A stretch of DNA of 64,000 nucleotides. It comes from a virus. Below the pieces are notes generated by a model. It ran no database searches, had not been told where the DNA came from, and saw only the letters and a list, made by a program, of their open reading frames with translations. How positions within the stretch are numbered: the stretch's first letter is position 1; every line of letters starts with the position of its first letter. Position numbers and translations under genes: made by a program. Below are positions 55,695 to 64,000 of the stretch, in pieces. The stretch lies in IMG/VR virus record IMGVR_UViG_3300029309_000001, positions 1-64,000 of that record; one strand, given 5' to 3'.

Positions 55695-58600
55695 TTATAT
55701 AATTTCTATGTCTGCTCCTGCAGCTAATAATTCATAATACATATCTGTATCAATACTTACTGTTTTTTCTTTTTGTTCACCACCATCTTTAAAGAAGAAT
55801 CCTAAACCTCCTGAATACTCCCAATTACTTGTTGAAGGATTATAAGTAACACCTGCATTTAATAATCCATATCTTGCTTCTGCTCCTATTTTTAATCCGT
55901 CATTGCTTTTATAATCTGCAAATAAATCTAATTGACCTTGAGGAACATAATCATGTTTATCTTTATACATAAATCCAAGACCAGATTTATAAATTGTTTG
56001 AGGAACTGGTGTTTTAAATTGTAAACCTGCTCTTCCACCATAATAAGGACTAACCATTTCTTGATCATTAAAGTCAATACCACCATATCCTTCTAGCATT
56101 ATACCAGCAGGTCCTGAAGTAGGTAACCCATAAAAATCTTGATCAAGTCTTAATCTAGCTCCTATGTCACCTTTAGCTGTCAGTTTAGTAAAAGGATTTC
56201 CTTCATTATCCATTTCTGTAGTTTCAAAAGGGCTAAAGTTAGTATAAACACCTCTTTTAAATCTACCACCTCCTGCATCTCTGCAACTACCACCCCAACA
56301 ATTTACCATATCTGCTCCAAAAAATAAATTTAACGGATGCTCACCACTTTGATATTCAACACCAAATCTTGGATTTGTTAATCTTGTTCCTCTAAAACCA
56401 TATTGAGCATTAGGTAATTCACTACCATATTGACTAAAACCATCTTGTCTTGAAATTACTTTACTATCTGTAAACATAAGTCCTGTGTTTTCATCTTCTT
56501 CTCCTCTAGATAATGTATCAGCTGCCATTACATTGTATGCATCATCTGAAGATCTAGTAGCTAAATTATAAGCTTGTTCTTTTCCTTCATTTATTTGATC
56601 AAATATTTTATTACCAATACCTGCTGCTTCTTTTAAAAACTTTGCACCTTTTTCAAAACCTTGAACTACTTTACTATCTCTAACATAGTTAAGTTTATTT
56701 CTCATTCTTTCTCCAAAAGTATCACCCCATCTATCTCTTCTGTCTTGTCTTCTTTGTTTTCTTAAAGCTTTTTCTTCTTCTTTTGCTGCTTGCATATCTT
56801 CATAAGATTCAAAACCTGCTTCTATAGCTTTATCTTCTCTTCTTTTATCTCTACGTACACCTCTAAGTTGTCTTCTACTTAAAGTATTACCATCTCCTTC
56901 AAATGCAAAATCATCAGTAACATCAAACTCTGGTGTAACATTTGCTTGATCAACAAACATATCTTGTTCTGTATTAAATACATCACCATAGGATCTATTG
57001 ATAGAACCTTCTTTTGGTTTAAATGTATTCATATCTATATCTCTTCTTCTAACATCATATGTATTAGCTGCAGATTTTTTCATTCCTTGATTAACTGCAT
57101 TAGCTGTAAACATATCACCTACATTACGGTTTATTGTACCAGTCTCATCTGAAAATGCATCACCTACTACATTAAATTGATCTGAATCAGGAGTGTTAAA
57201 TCCTTGATTTTCTTCTGTTGCATCTACCCATTGACCTCCTTGCCATACATCACCATATGAACTAATAGCTCCTTCTTTAGGCATACCAGCTTCATAATCA
57301 AATTGTTCTGGATTTACCATATACATTGCTGCTGCATCTTGTGCACCATTTTGTGCTTTATATAATGATCCACCAGTTTGTTTAAAATTACTAAATGCAT
57401 TATAATTTATACTAGGTGTAGTGGTTAATCTTTGTGGTGCATATAATGGATTTACAATTGCACTTGAAAAATCTTTATTTCTATAGTTTTTTAACATATC
57501 TAATTGTGTTGTTTGTTTGCTAAAAGGATTAACATTAAATAATGGTGTTTTAAAATTATCTGCTTGATTTAAACGAGTATTAATTAAATTAACACCTTTT
57601 TGATTTAATGCAGGAAAAGTTTTATTAAGTGTTTTTAATTGATTAAAGTTTTTAGGTAATACATTAACAAGACCTGTGTTACCTACACCACTTAACTCAA
57701 GAGCACCAAGTGCTAAATTACCAAAACCTTCACCAGTTCTACCTTCAGAAAAATCTGTATAAGCTTCAGGTAATGTATTTCTTAAAGCTTCTTGTGACCA
57801 ATATGCATTATTTAATTGACCAAATGTTACTGGTGCTCCTATAGTTGAACTACCTGGTACAGTTACACGTGCAAGTTTATTTGCAAGACCAAGACCTCCT
57901 CTAACTACACCTACACCACCAACTAAAGCAGGAATGTAACCCATTAAACTATTCATTTCATAATCAACTGGACCTTGATCAACAAACATTGGGTTTAATA
58001 AATTTTCGTTATCACCTATACTTAAAAACTCATTGCCTGTATTATAACCTATAGTAGGTCCACCATAACCTCCTTTTGATCCTTTAAAATATGGATTAAG
58101 ACTAGTTAAAACTGCATCTTCATAATTGTCTGGTGTTATTGTTTGATAATCTGATTTATAATTAGCTACAATTTGATTCCTAAAATCTTCATAAGACATA
58201 GGTTCTCCTTCTTTAAGAACTCCATCATTTTGATTTAATATAGGTTTAGCTTTTACAATAGTTCCACCACTTAAATCACTATTATTAATTCTTTTAATAT
58301 TACCATCTGCTGTCCATTGTTCTCCTGAAGCTAAGTTAGGATAATTTACACCAGGTGTACCAATTTGAGGTTTATAATCTCTTACTAATTCTTCATAGTC
58401 TTTAGCTATTATATTTTCATATAATGAAGATCTATTAGCATCATAAAAAGTATTTTCTAAATTTAAATTATTTTCATCACCCATTTCAGCATCTTTTCCA
58501 AAATTATATATGCTAGTTAAAGGTTCTCCATTTACAGTAAGTTTGCTTACATCTTGTAAATTTAAATTATATTGATTAGCAAAATTTATAACATCTTTTA

Positions 58601-60767
58601 AGTTAGAAAAATTTCCTGTTCTTACTTCTTTTTGTTCTACAGTTTCATTTCTATATGGATATACTTGTCCTTCATTATCAACAGTCCAAAATACATTTGG
58701 TGTTGTTTCATACTGTAAAAATGGATCTCTTGATAAATTCCATTCTTGTGCTTGTTTATTTAAATTATATAATTGTGTTCTTCCTTCTCTTGTTGAAGGG
58801 TTAGGAAAATTTGGAAAGTCTCTTATAATGTTTGAATAAAGATTAAATTCATCAGCTTGTGGCCATGTAGATTTATCTTTAATATTTATACTTCCAGCTC
58901 TATAATTAGAATTTCTAGCATCTCCATATCCTGCTCCAAGAGCAAGTAAATCTTCTTGCATTTTTAACCACAATTCTAATTGTTGATCTGTCCAATCAGG
59001 AATTTCACTTTTATTTTGAAAATGCATTAGATCACCACCATCACGTAAAAATGAAAAAGTAGGGATAGAACCACCGTATTTTAAATCAGGATCAAATTCC
59101 ATATCATCAAGATTAGCATCTTCAGGTACACTTTCATTATTTTTTTCTTGTGATGTAGGTTCATTACATTTACAATTTGCTGCATCCCAATCTCCAGGTG
59201 GTGTTAGCTGTGCACATTTTTCCTGTAACTCAAAACAATCATTTGCAGTTTGTTGAGAACTTTTTTCATAAGTTATGTTAGTAGGATTTTCTGCATCAAA
59301 AGGAATATACTTATATTTTTTTTGTCCTCTTTCATCAACACCATCAAATACATAAGAACCTTGTATGCCTGTATTATCTTCATTATGAACAAGCATAACA
59401 GCATCAGGTACATATTCTGTTTCAATCATATCACCTAATAGCTTATCTCCTTGATAAGTTATATTACCATCCATATCCATACTAGATATTTGATATAAAT
59501 CAGGATACGCAGCAGTTCTATTGTTAACATATTGATTATACTCATTCATTCTTTTCTCTTCGTATGTTATGAGTTTATCTGGTTGTGTTGGATCAAAGAA
59601 TCTAGTTTCATCAAATGGATTTGTTATTTTAAATTGTTGATAATTTTCTTTACCCCATCTATTATTACCTGCACTTGGAAATGCAAGCTTTGCCATTTGA
59701 TTTATTTCTTTTTTAGAGGCATCAGGATTTTGTTCTCTTAAAACCTTTTTAAAATTTCTAAATTCTTTTTTAGTTATTTTATTTGGATCAACATCAAAGT
59801 TTTGAAAATCTTTAATTCCACTTTGAAATAAATTTACTATATCACTTAATATGTTAGTATCTTCTCCTGCATTATACATCATAAAAGGTTTAGTATCTAC
59901 TTTATTAGATCTATCACGTCTTCTTTTACCACGTTTAGTTTGCCAATCTGCAAATTTATTTAATATTTGATTTTCTTGATTATTTTTTGCATCAAATATA
60001 TCTGTATTATTATCTAATCCTTCACATACTCCTGTTAAAGAATTATAATTTCCACCTTTTGCAGCACACTCATCTGCTTTTGCAACCTCTGACTCAACTT
60101 CATTTATTATATCTTCTTCACTTTTATTGTTATCTTCAGCTCCTGGATAATTAGTTTCTGCATCTTCCATTCCTTCAACATCATCATTATCTCCATCATC
60201 TTGGAATTTTTTTAAAGATCCTCCATATTCAAATGTAGGCATTTGTTGTTGAGGTATTATAGCTTGTTGAGGTTGCATAGATTGTTCTGGTGCTTGTTGT
60301 TGCATAACCATTTCTTCTTGTGGTGCAACAGCTGGTTCATTTAAACCAGGCATTTGTAAACCTTCTTGTATTTGTTCTACAGTTTCTTTTGATTCTTCAT
60401 AATCAGAAACACTTTGATTTTGTTTACTATAAGAACTGTCATTATTTTTTAATGGTCCCCCTTTTTCATAACTATCACAAACATTTTGTTCAGTGCATTT
60501 AAAATCATTACTCCAGCAATATCCAATATTACCTGACTTATCATTTATACACTTTTTCATTCTATTTGATATGTCAAAAAATATACAAATACCACATTTA
60601 TCTTCTGAACTTGCTTTACCATAATTAAATCTAGAAATAGCTCTTTCTCTATTATCTAAATTTAAATCTTGATCAATAGTAGCATCAGGACATGGCGTAA
60701 CTTGTTGAGTATCACCACCTTCTTGATAAACTTCTAAAGTTTGTATGTTAGGGTATTTTTTTGCCAT
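55695..60767 (-). CDS. Large modular virion protein with repeated xxGG motifs
   Basis: Cys-rich N-terminal domain, at least 8 GG-type linkers and a C-terminal beta-strand module. Confidence 0.75.
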   Translation of the reverse strand: MAKKYPNIQTLEVYQEGGDTQQVTPCPDATIDQDLNLDNRERAISRFNYGKASSEDKCGICIFFDISNRMKKCINDKSGNIGYCWSNDFKCTEQNVCDSYEKGGPLKNNDSSYSKQNQSVSDYEESKETVEQIQEGLQMPGLNEPAVAPQEEMVMQQQAPEQSMQPQQAIIPQQQMPTFEYGGSLKKFQDDGDNDDVEGMEDAETNYPGAEDNNKSEEDIINEVESEVAKADECAAKGGNYNSLTGVCEGLDNNTDIFDAKNNQENQILNKFADWQTKRGKRRRDRSNKVDTKPFMMYNAGEDTNILSDIVNLFQSGIKDFQNFDVDPNKITKKEFRNFKKVLREQNPDASKKEINQMAKLAFPSAGNNRWGKENYQQFKITNPFDETRFFDPTQPDKLITYEEKRMNEYNQYVNNRTAAYPDLYQISSMDMDGNITYQGDKLLGDMIETEYVPDAVMLVHNEDNTGIQGSYVFDGVDERGQKKYKYIPFDAENPTNITYEKSSQQTANDCFELQEKCAQLTPPGDWDAANCKCNEPTSQEKNNESVPEDANLDDMEFDPDLKYGGSIPTFSFLRDGGDLMHFQNKSEIPDWTDQQLELWLKMQEDLLALGAGYGDARNSNYRAGSINIKDKSTWPQADEFNLYSNIIRDFPNFPNPSTREGRTQLYNLNKQAQEWNLSRDPFLQYETTPNVFWTVDNEGQVYPYRNETVEQKEVRTGNFSNLKDVINFANQYNLNLQDVSKLTVNGEPLTSIYNFGKDAEMGDENNLNLENTFYDANRSSLYENIIAKDYEELVRDYKPQIGTPGVNYPNLASGEQWTADGNIKRINNSDLSGGTIVKAKPILNQNDGVLKEGEPMSYEDFRNQIVANYKSDYQTITPDNYEDAVLTSLNPYFKGSKGGYGGPTIGYNTGNEFLSIGDNENLLNPMFVDQGPVDYEMNSLMGYIPALVGGVGVVRGGLGLANKLARVTVPGSSTIGAPVTFGQLNNAYWSQEALRNTLPEAYTDFSEGRTGEGFGNLALGALELSGVGNTGLVNVLPKNFNQLKTLNKTFPALNQKGVNLINTRLNQADNFKTPLFNVNPFSKQTTQLDMLKNYRNKDFSSAIVNPLYAPQRLTTTPSINYNAFSNFKQTGGSLYKAQNGAQDAAAMYMVNPEQFDYEAGMPKEGAISSYGDVWQGGQWVDATEENQGFNTPDSDQFNVVGDAFSDETGTINRNVGDMFTANAVNQGMKKSAANTYDVRRRDIDMNTFKPKEGSINRSYGDVFNTEQDMFVDQANVTPEFDVTDDFAFEGDGNTLSRRQLRGVRRDKRREDKAIEAGFESYEDMQAAKEEEKALRKQRRQDRRDRWGDTFGERMRNKLNYVRDSKVVQGFEKGAKFLKEAAGIGNKIFDQINEGKEQAYNLATRSSDDAYNVMAADTLSRGEEDENTGLMFTDSKVISRQDGFSQYGSELPNAQYGFRGTRLTNPRFGVEYQSGEHPLNLFFGADMVNCWGGSCRDAGGGRFKRGVYTNFSPFETTEMDNEGNPFTKLTAKGDIGARLRLDQDFYGLPTSGPAGIMLEGYGGIDFNDQEMVSPYYGGRAGLQFKTPVPQTIYKSGLGFMYKDKHDYVPQGQLDLFADYKSNDGLKIGAEARYGLLNAGVTYNPSTSNWEYSGGLGFFFKDGGEQKEKTVSIDTDMYYELLAAGADIEII

Positions 60768-60797
60768 TTACTTAATTAATTAATTATAAGCAGTATA

Positions 60798-60811
60798 CAT
60801 TTATAATATAC
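60798..60811 (-). promoter_or_regulatory. Candidate phage late promoter (copy 3)
   Basis: GTATATTATAAATG, 30 nt upstream of the ATG at 60767. Confidence 0.55.
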
Positions 60812-60846
60812 TAAATAATTAGCACATTTTCTAATTATATTACTGC

Positions 60847-63800
60847 TTATATCATACCTAAAGACTTTAAATGTTTAGTTCCTGCAGGTGTAAGTTTATC
60901 TCCATTTTCATATTTTTTAATAAGTCTATCTGTTACTTTATCAACTTCACCTCCCATTTGCTTTTTAGTTATTCCTTCATTAAATTTTTCTATATATTCT
61001 TGAGGAGTTTTATTAGCTTGTCCTGCATTAACTCCATATTTATCTGGAAATACAGATTCTAAACTATTACCATCTCTAAGTACATAACCTAAATATTCAC
61101 GTGTTCCTTGTCTTCCTAAAAAGTTTACTAATGCTGCAACTTCTGTTGTAGTATATGGAAAACTAGGTATTTGTTTGCTATAAATTTTATATAAATCTAT
61201 ACCACTTTCTCTTAGACCTTTTACACCTTCTAACTTACCTCTATATCTATTTTCAAAATATTTATTCTGTGCTTCTATATCATTAGCAAAATCTTGTCTA
61301 CTTCCATCATACATTGTAGAAATTTCACTAAACCTTTGTCCATATAAACCTGTAGCAGTTGATTCTGGATTAATCATTAGTTCACCATTAAGACTTTCTG
61401 CATAAGCAACTCCTTGTTTTAATTTTTCAAAATCAACCCAATTTGCATCTAATTCACTTGGTGGTATTAATTCTTTAGTATCTGGATGATAATATATTCT
61501 TCCATATATATCAAATGGTTTTCCTACAATACTTTCTCCTTCAATATTAAAACCTAAACCTGTTGGTATATCAAAATCATATTCATCATAATAAGCATAA
61601 TAAGGAAGCTCTCTTTCATCATCCATACCTCTTGATATTTGATAATTACTAAGATTAAAACCTCCTGCTGCAGAATCATTTATTTGCCATTTATCTTTTG
61701 ATGCATCTTTTGTAATACCCCTTTCTATTATGTCATCCATAATATCATCAACATTATTAAAAGAATAATAAACAGACTTATCATCTTCTACTCCTAATGT
61801 AGGTTTAAATTTAGATTTAGAAACTGTATTATGTTTTTGATCAAAACCTAAATACATACCCCATAAATCTTCTGAAGCATTTTTAATATATTCTCCAGCA
61901 TTAGGATTATCTTTAAATCTAGGATGATTTTGAAAATCATCAAATGATGTTTCTACACCATCCCACATAAAAGGTTGTTTTTCTCCATAAAGCATTTCTA
62001 CCATTGCTTGATCCATATTATAACCTATAGGTGTTACAGATTTATATAATCTATTTGCTAACCATCCAGGATTATTTTGACCTTGCATTTGAAACTTAGG
62101 TAATCTTTTATTATATTTATCTTTTATTGATCCACCTGTCTTTTTTTCTTCTAAATTATTTAACTCTAAACCTTCTAACGTAGCTGCTGTTATAGGTACA
62201 CCAGTTAACATTTTATTTAAAAGATTTGCAATAAGTTTATTATTTTGTTTAGTATCTTTTGTTTGATCTAATATTCTCATAACATATCCATCATAATCTG
62301 TACCAGGTAGTAATTTAGCATTATCAGCACGTACCTTAGAAATTAAATCTCCTGTTATATTATCATAAGCATCTGATATATATTTATTATCTAATAGATA
62401 TTGTTGTAACTCTGCAACATGAGCAGTAGGCTCTATATACAAAGTTCCTGGTGATTCAAAAGATGGTGAATTAGTTTTTTTTGGAGTAACTGTTTTTATT
62501 GGTTCGGTCATATAATCTTGAGTTTCTTTATTTCTTACTCCAAAACCTTTATCTGCATTACCCCATAGTGAATAACCATCATCAATTAACATTTGATTTT
62601 TTAATAATGCAGATGATGTAAGACCACCATCATCAACAAATTTTAAATTTGGTGAAAACCAATTAGTATTTGCAGCTCCTAATCTTTGATCAAATATTTT
62701 TGTTGCATCATCTGTTATAGGTATAGTAGTAGATCCAAAACCAAAAACATTTTTTTCAGTATTGCCAGAATTTCTTATTAATTTTCCTACATAGTCCAGT
62801 GCATGTTGATCTTCATGTCTAAAAATATTTCTTAACCAATTTTCTGGCAATGCATTTGTATTCATACTTACAAAAGGTAATATACCTTTTTCTAATTGAT
62901 TATAGTTTTCACCTGAAAAGAAATACGGACTATCATCTGGACCATATGAATTAAAATTATTTATAATAGGTATTTGTTTATATGTTGCAATAAATTTATC
63001 TACATCTGTATCACTTGCATTTGGACCTAAATAATTTTCTTTTATTCTTCTACGTCCTTCTGTAGTATTCATTCTTTCAAGAATATCATTTCTTATATTT
63101 AAATAAGATGTATTTCCTGTTAAACTTTTAGACATATCTTTAACGTCCATTGAATGACTACCTGCACCTAATACTGGTTTACCCATTTGAAGTGTACTTA
63201 TATATTCAGGATTATATATAAGACTTTTTAAATCTAATGGTTGAACCATAGAAAAATCTTCAAATAAACTTGTTGTTGGTGTTCCTACCTCTCCTGTTCC
63301 ATAAAGATCTTCAAATGCATTATAATTAACATTTCCCCTAGCTTCTCTACCTATTGCTTCATTATGTATTCTTATTAAATCATCATCTAGATCATCTTTA
63401 AAAAATGCTAAATCTTTTTTACTTTGATCAACTATATCTGTAAAAGTATTACCTGTTAAACCATGATAATTTTGAAAGTATCCTGGTTGTGCATTATAAT
63501 AATCTTTTCCAACATTTGATATATTTTTTGATGTGCCACCTAACCAAGTTGGTAAATAACTACGAAGATAATCTTTTGTATCTTTTACTGTTTGTATTGT
63601 TTTTTTTATTTTTGCAGGATTAAACAAATCTTTATATTGTGCTTTTGGTAATGAACCACCAAGTTTATATAAATCTTTTCCTTTAATAGGTATTATTCCT
63701 GGAGATTCTATATCTAAATTATATTTAGATAAATAACTATCAGGCACTTTAACTCTTATATATTGATTTCCTTTTTGATCAGTAATAATTTCATAAGGAT

Positions 63801-63999
63801 AATCTTTTCCAAAAACTTTATTAATATCTTTTTTAAGTTGTTTTTCAGTATTTTTATTTAATATACTTTGATACCTTTTTGGATAAGCAGATGGATTACT
63901 AATAGCAGTTACATCATCAGGATTATATCCTTGATTTGTTAAAAAATTATTTCTAATTTCTTCTATTTTATTTTTTTGTTCTTGAAAACCTCCTGAAAT
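60847..63999 (-). CDS. Large modular virion protein with a zincin motif and a lytic-transglycosylase-like C-terminal domain, 5'-truncated by the window edge
   Basis: Frame is open from 63999 through the GTG at 63747. HEDQH at 62803-62817; C-terminal VAYAES....NPESTATGLYGQ. Confidence 0.7.
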   Translation of the reverse strand: MSGGFQEQKNKIEEIRNNFLTNQGYNPDDVTAISNPSAYPKRYQSILNKNTEKQLKKDINKVFGKDYPYEIITDQKGNQYIRVKVPDSYLSKYNLDIESPGIIPIKGKDLYKLGGSLPKAQYKDLFNPAKIKKTIQTVKDTKDYLRSYLPTWLGGTSKNISNVGKDYYNAQPGYFQNYHGLTGNTFTDIVDQSKKDLAFFKDDLDDDLIRIHNEAIGREARGNVNYNAFEDLYGTGEVGTPTTSLFEDFSMVQPLDLKSLIYNPEYISTLQMGKPVLGAGSHSMDVKDMSKSLTGNTSYLNIRNDILERMNTTEGRRRIKENYLGPNASDTDVDKFIATYKQIPIINNFNSYGPDDSPYFFSGENYNQLEKGILPFVSMNTNALPENWLRNIFRHEDQHALDYVGKLIRNSGNTEKNVFGFGSTTIPITDDATKIFDQRLGAANTNWFSPNLKFVDDGGLTSSALLKNQMLIDDGYSLWGNADKGFGVRNKETQDYMTEPIKTVTPKKTNSPSFESPGTLYIEPTAHVAELQQYLLDNKYISDAYDNITGDLISKVRADNAKLLPGTDYDGYVMRILDQTKDTKQNNKLIANLLNKMLTGVPITAATLEGLELNNLEEKKTGGSIKDKYNKRLPKFQMQGQNNPGWLANRLYKSVTPIGYNMDQAMVEMLYGEKQPFMWDGVETSFDDFQNHPRFKDNPNAGEYIKNASEDLWGMYLGFDQKHNTVSKSKFKPTLGVEDDKSVYYSFNNVDDIMDDIIERGITKDASKDKWQINDSAAGGFNLSNYQISRGMDDERELPYYAYYDEYDFDIPTGLGFNIEGESIVGKPFDIYGRIYYHPDTKELIPPSELDANWVDFEKLKQGVAYAESLNGELMINPESTATGLYGQRFSEISTMYDGSRQDFANDIEAQNKYFENRYRGKLEGVKGLRESGIDLYKIYSKQIPSFPYTTTEVAALVNFLGRQGTREYLGYVLRDGNSLESVFPDKYGVNAGQANKTPQEYIEKFNEGITKKQMGGEVDKVTDRLIKKYENGDKLTPAGTKHLKSLGMI

Positions 64000-64000
64000 T

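Noticed and set aside
2804-61062. Short antisense or alternate-frame ORFs in the track (e.g. 2804..3139, 17807..18202, 36211..36720, 54045..54371)
   Set aside because: They lie within or largely overlap longer motif-bearing genes and have shadow-ORF composition.
63747-63999. GTG start at 63747 and a separate upstream gene
   Set aside because: The same frame is open to the window edge, so the gene starts outside the window.
1-64000. Stop-codon reassignment as in some crAss-like phages
   Set aside because: Very long ORFs are intact in the standard code, and TAG and TGA both end well-packed genes (e.g. 12876, 27962, 11537).
1-64000. tRNA, rRNA, integrase or transposase
   Set aside because: Intergenic gaps are short and none showed cloverleaf or T-loop signatures; no recombinase motifs were recognised.

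Overview
Very AT-rich, densely coded fragment of a lytic dsDNA phage, most likely Crassvirales (crAss-like) infecting an aquatic Bacteroidota/Flavobacteriales host. Support: a 5018-aa virion RNA polymerase with the GADFDID catalytic motif, a crAss-type PolB, TAnnTTTG promoters and a T9SS C-terminal domain. The standard genetic code is used. The + strand block (1-12.9 kb) holds replication/early-middle genes: RusA-like resolvase, DUF6878/DUF6915 pair, metallopeptidase-vWA plus MoxR-type ATPase module, PD-(D/E)xK nuclease, PolB, DUF932, DUF1599 and a spore-photoproduct-lyase-like radical SAM enzyme. The - strand block (13-64 kb) holds late/virion genes: holin, many small basic proteins, paralogous structural proteins, an Evf-like protein, a T9SS cargo protein, an outer-membrane beta-barrel/thioredoxin cassette, LamG proteins and six giant cargo-type proteins. 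A + strand class II RNR island interrupts this block. Most notable: a recurring xxGG(SL)xK(A/F)Q peptide motif that punctuates three giant proteins at apparent domain boundaries and tags many small basic proteins; a host-envelope/T9SS cassette; a 23-aa CDGSH micropeptide missed by the ORF track; an SPL with an atypical Cys motif; and a repeated 14-nt candidate late promoter. All family assignments come from motif recognition by eye, not from database searches.
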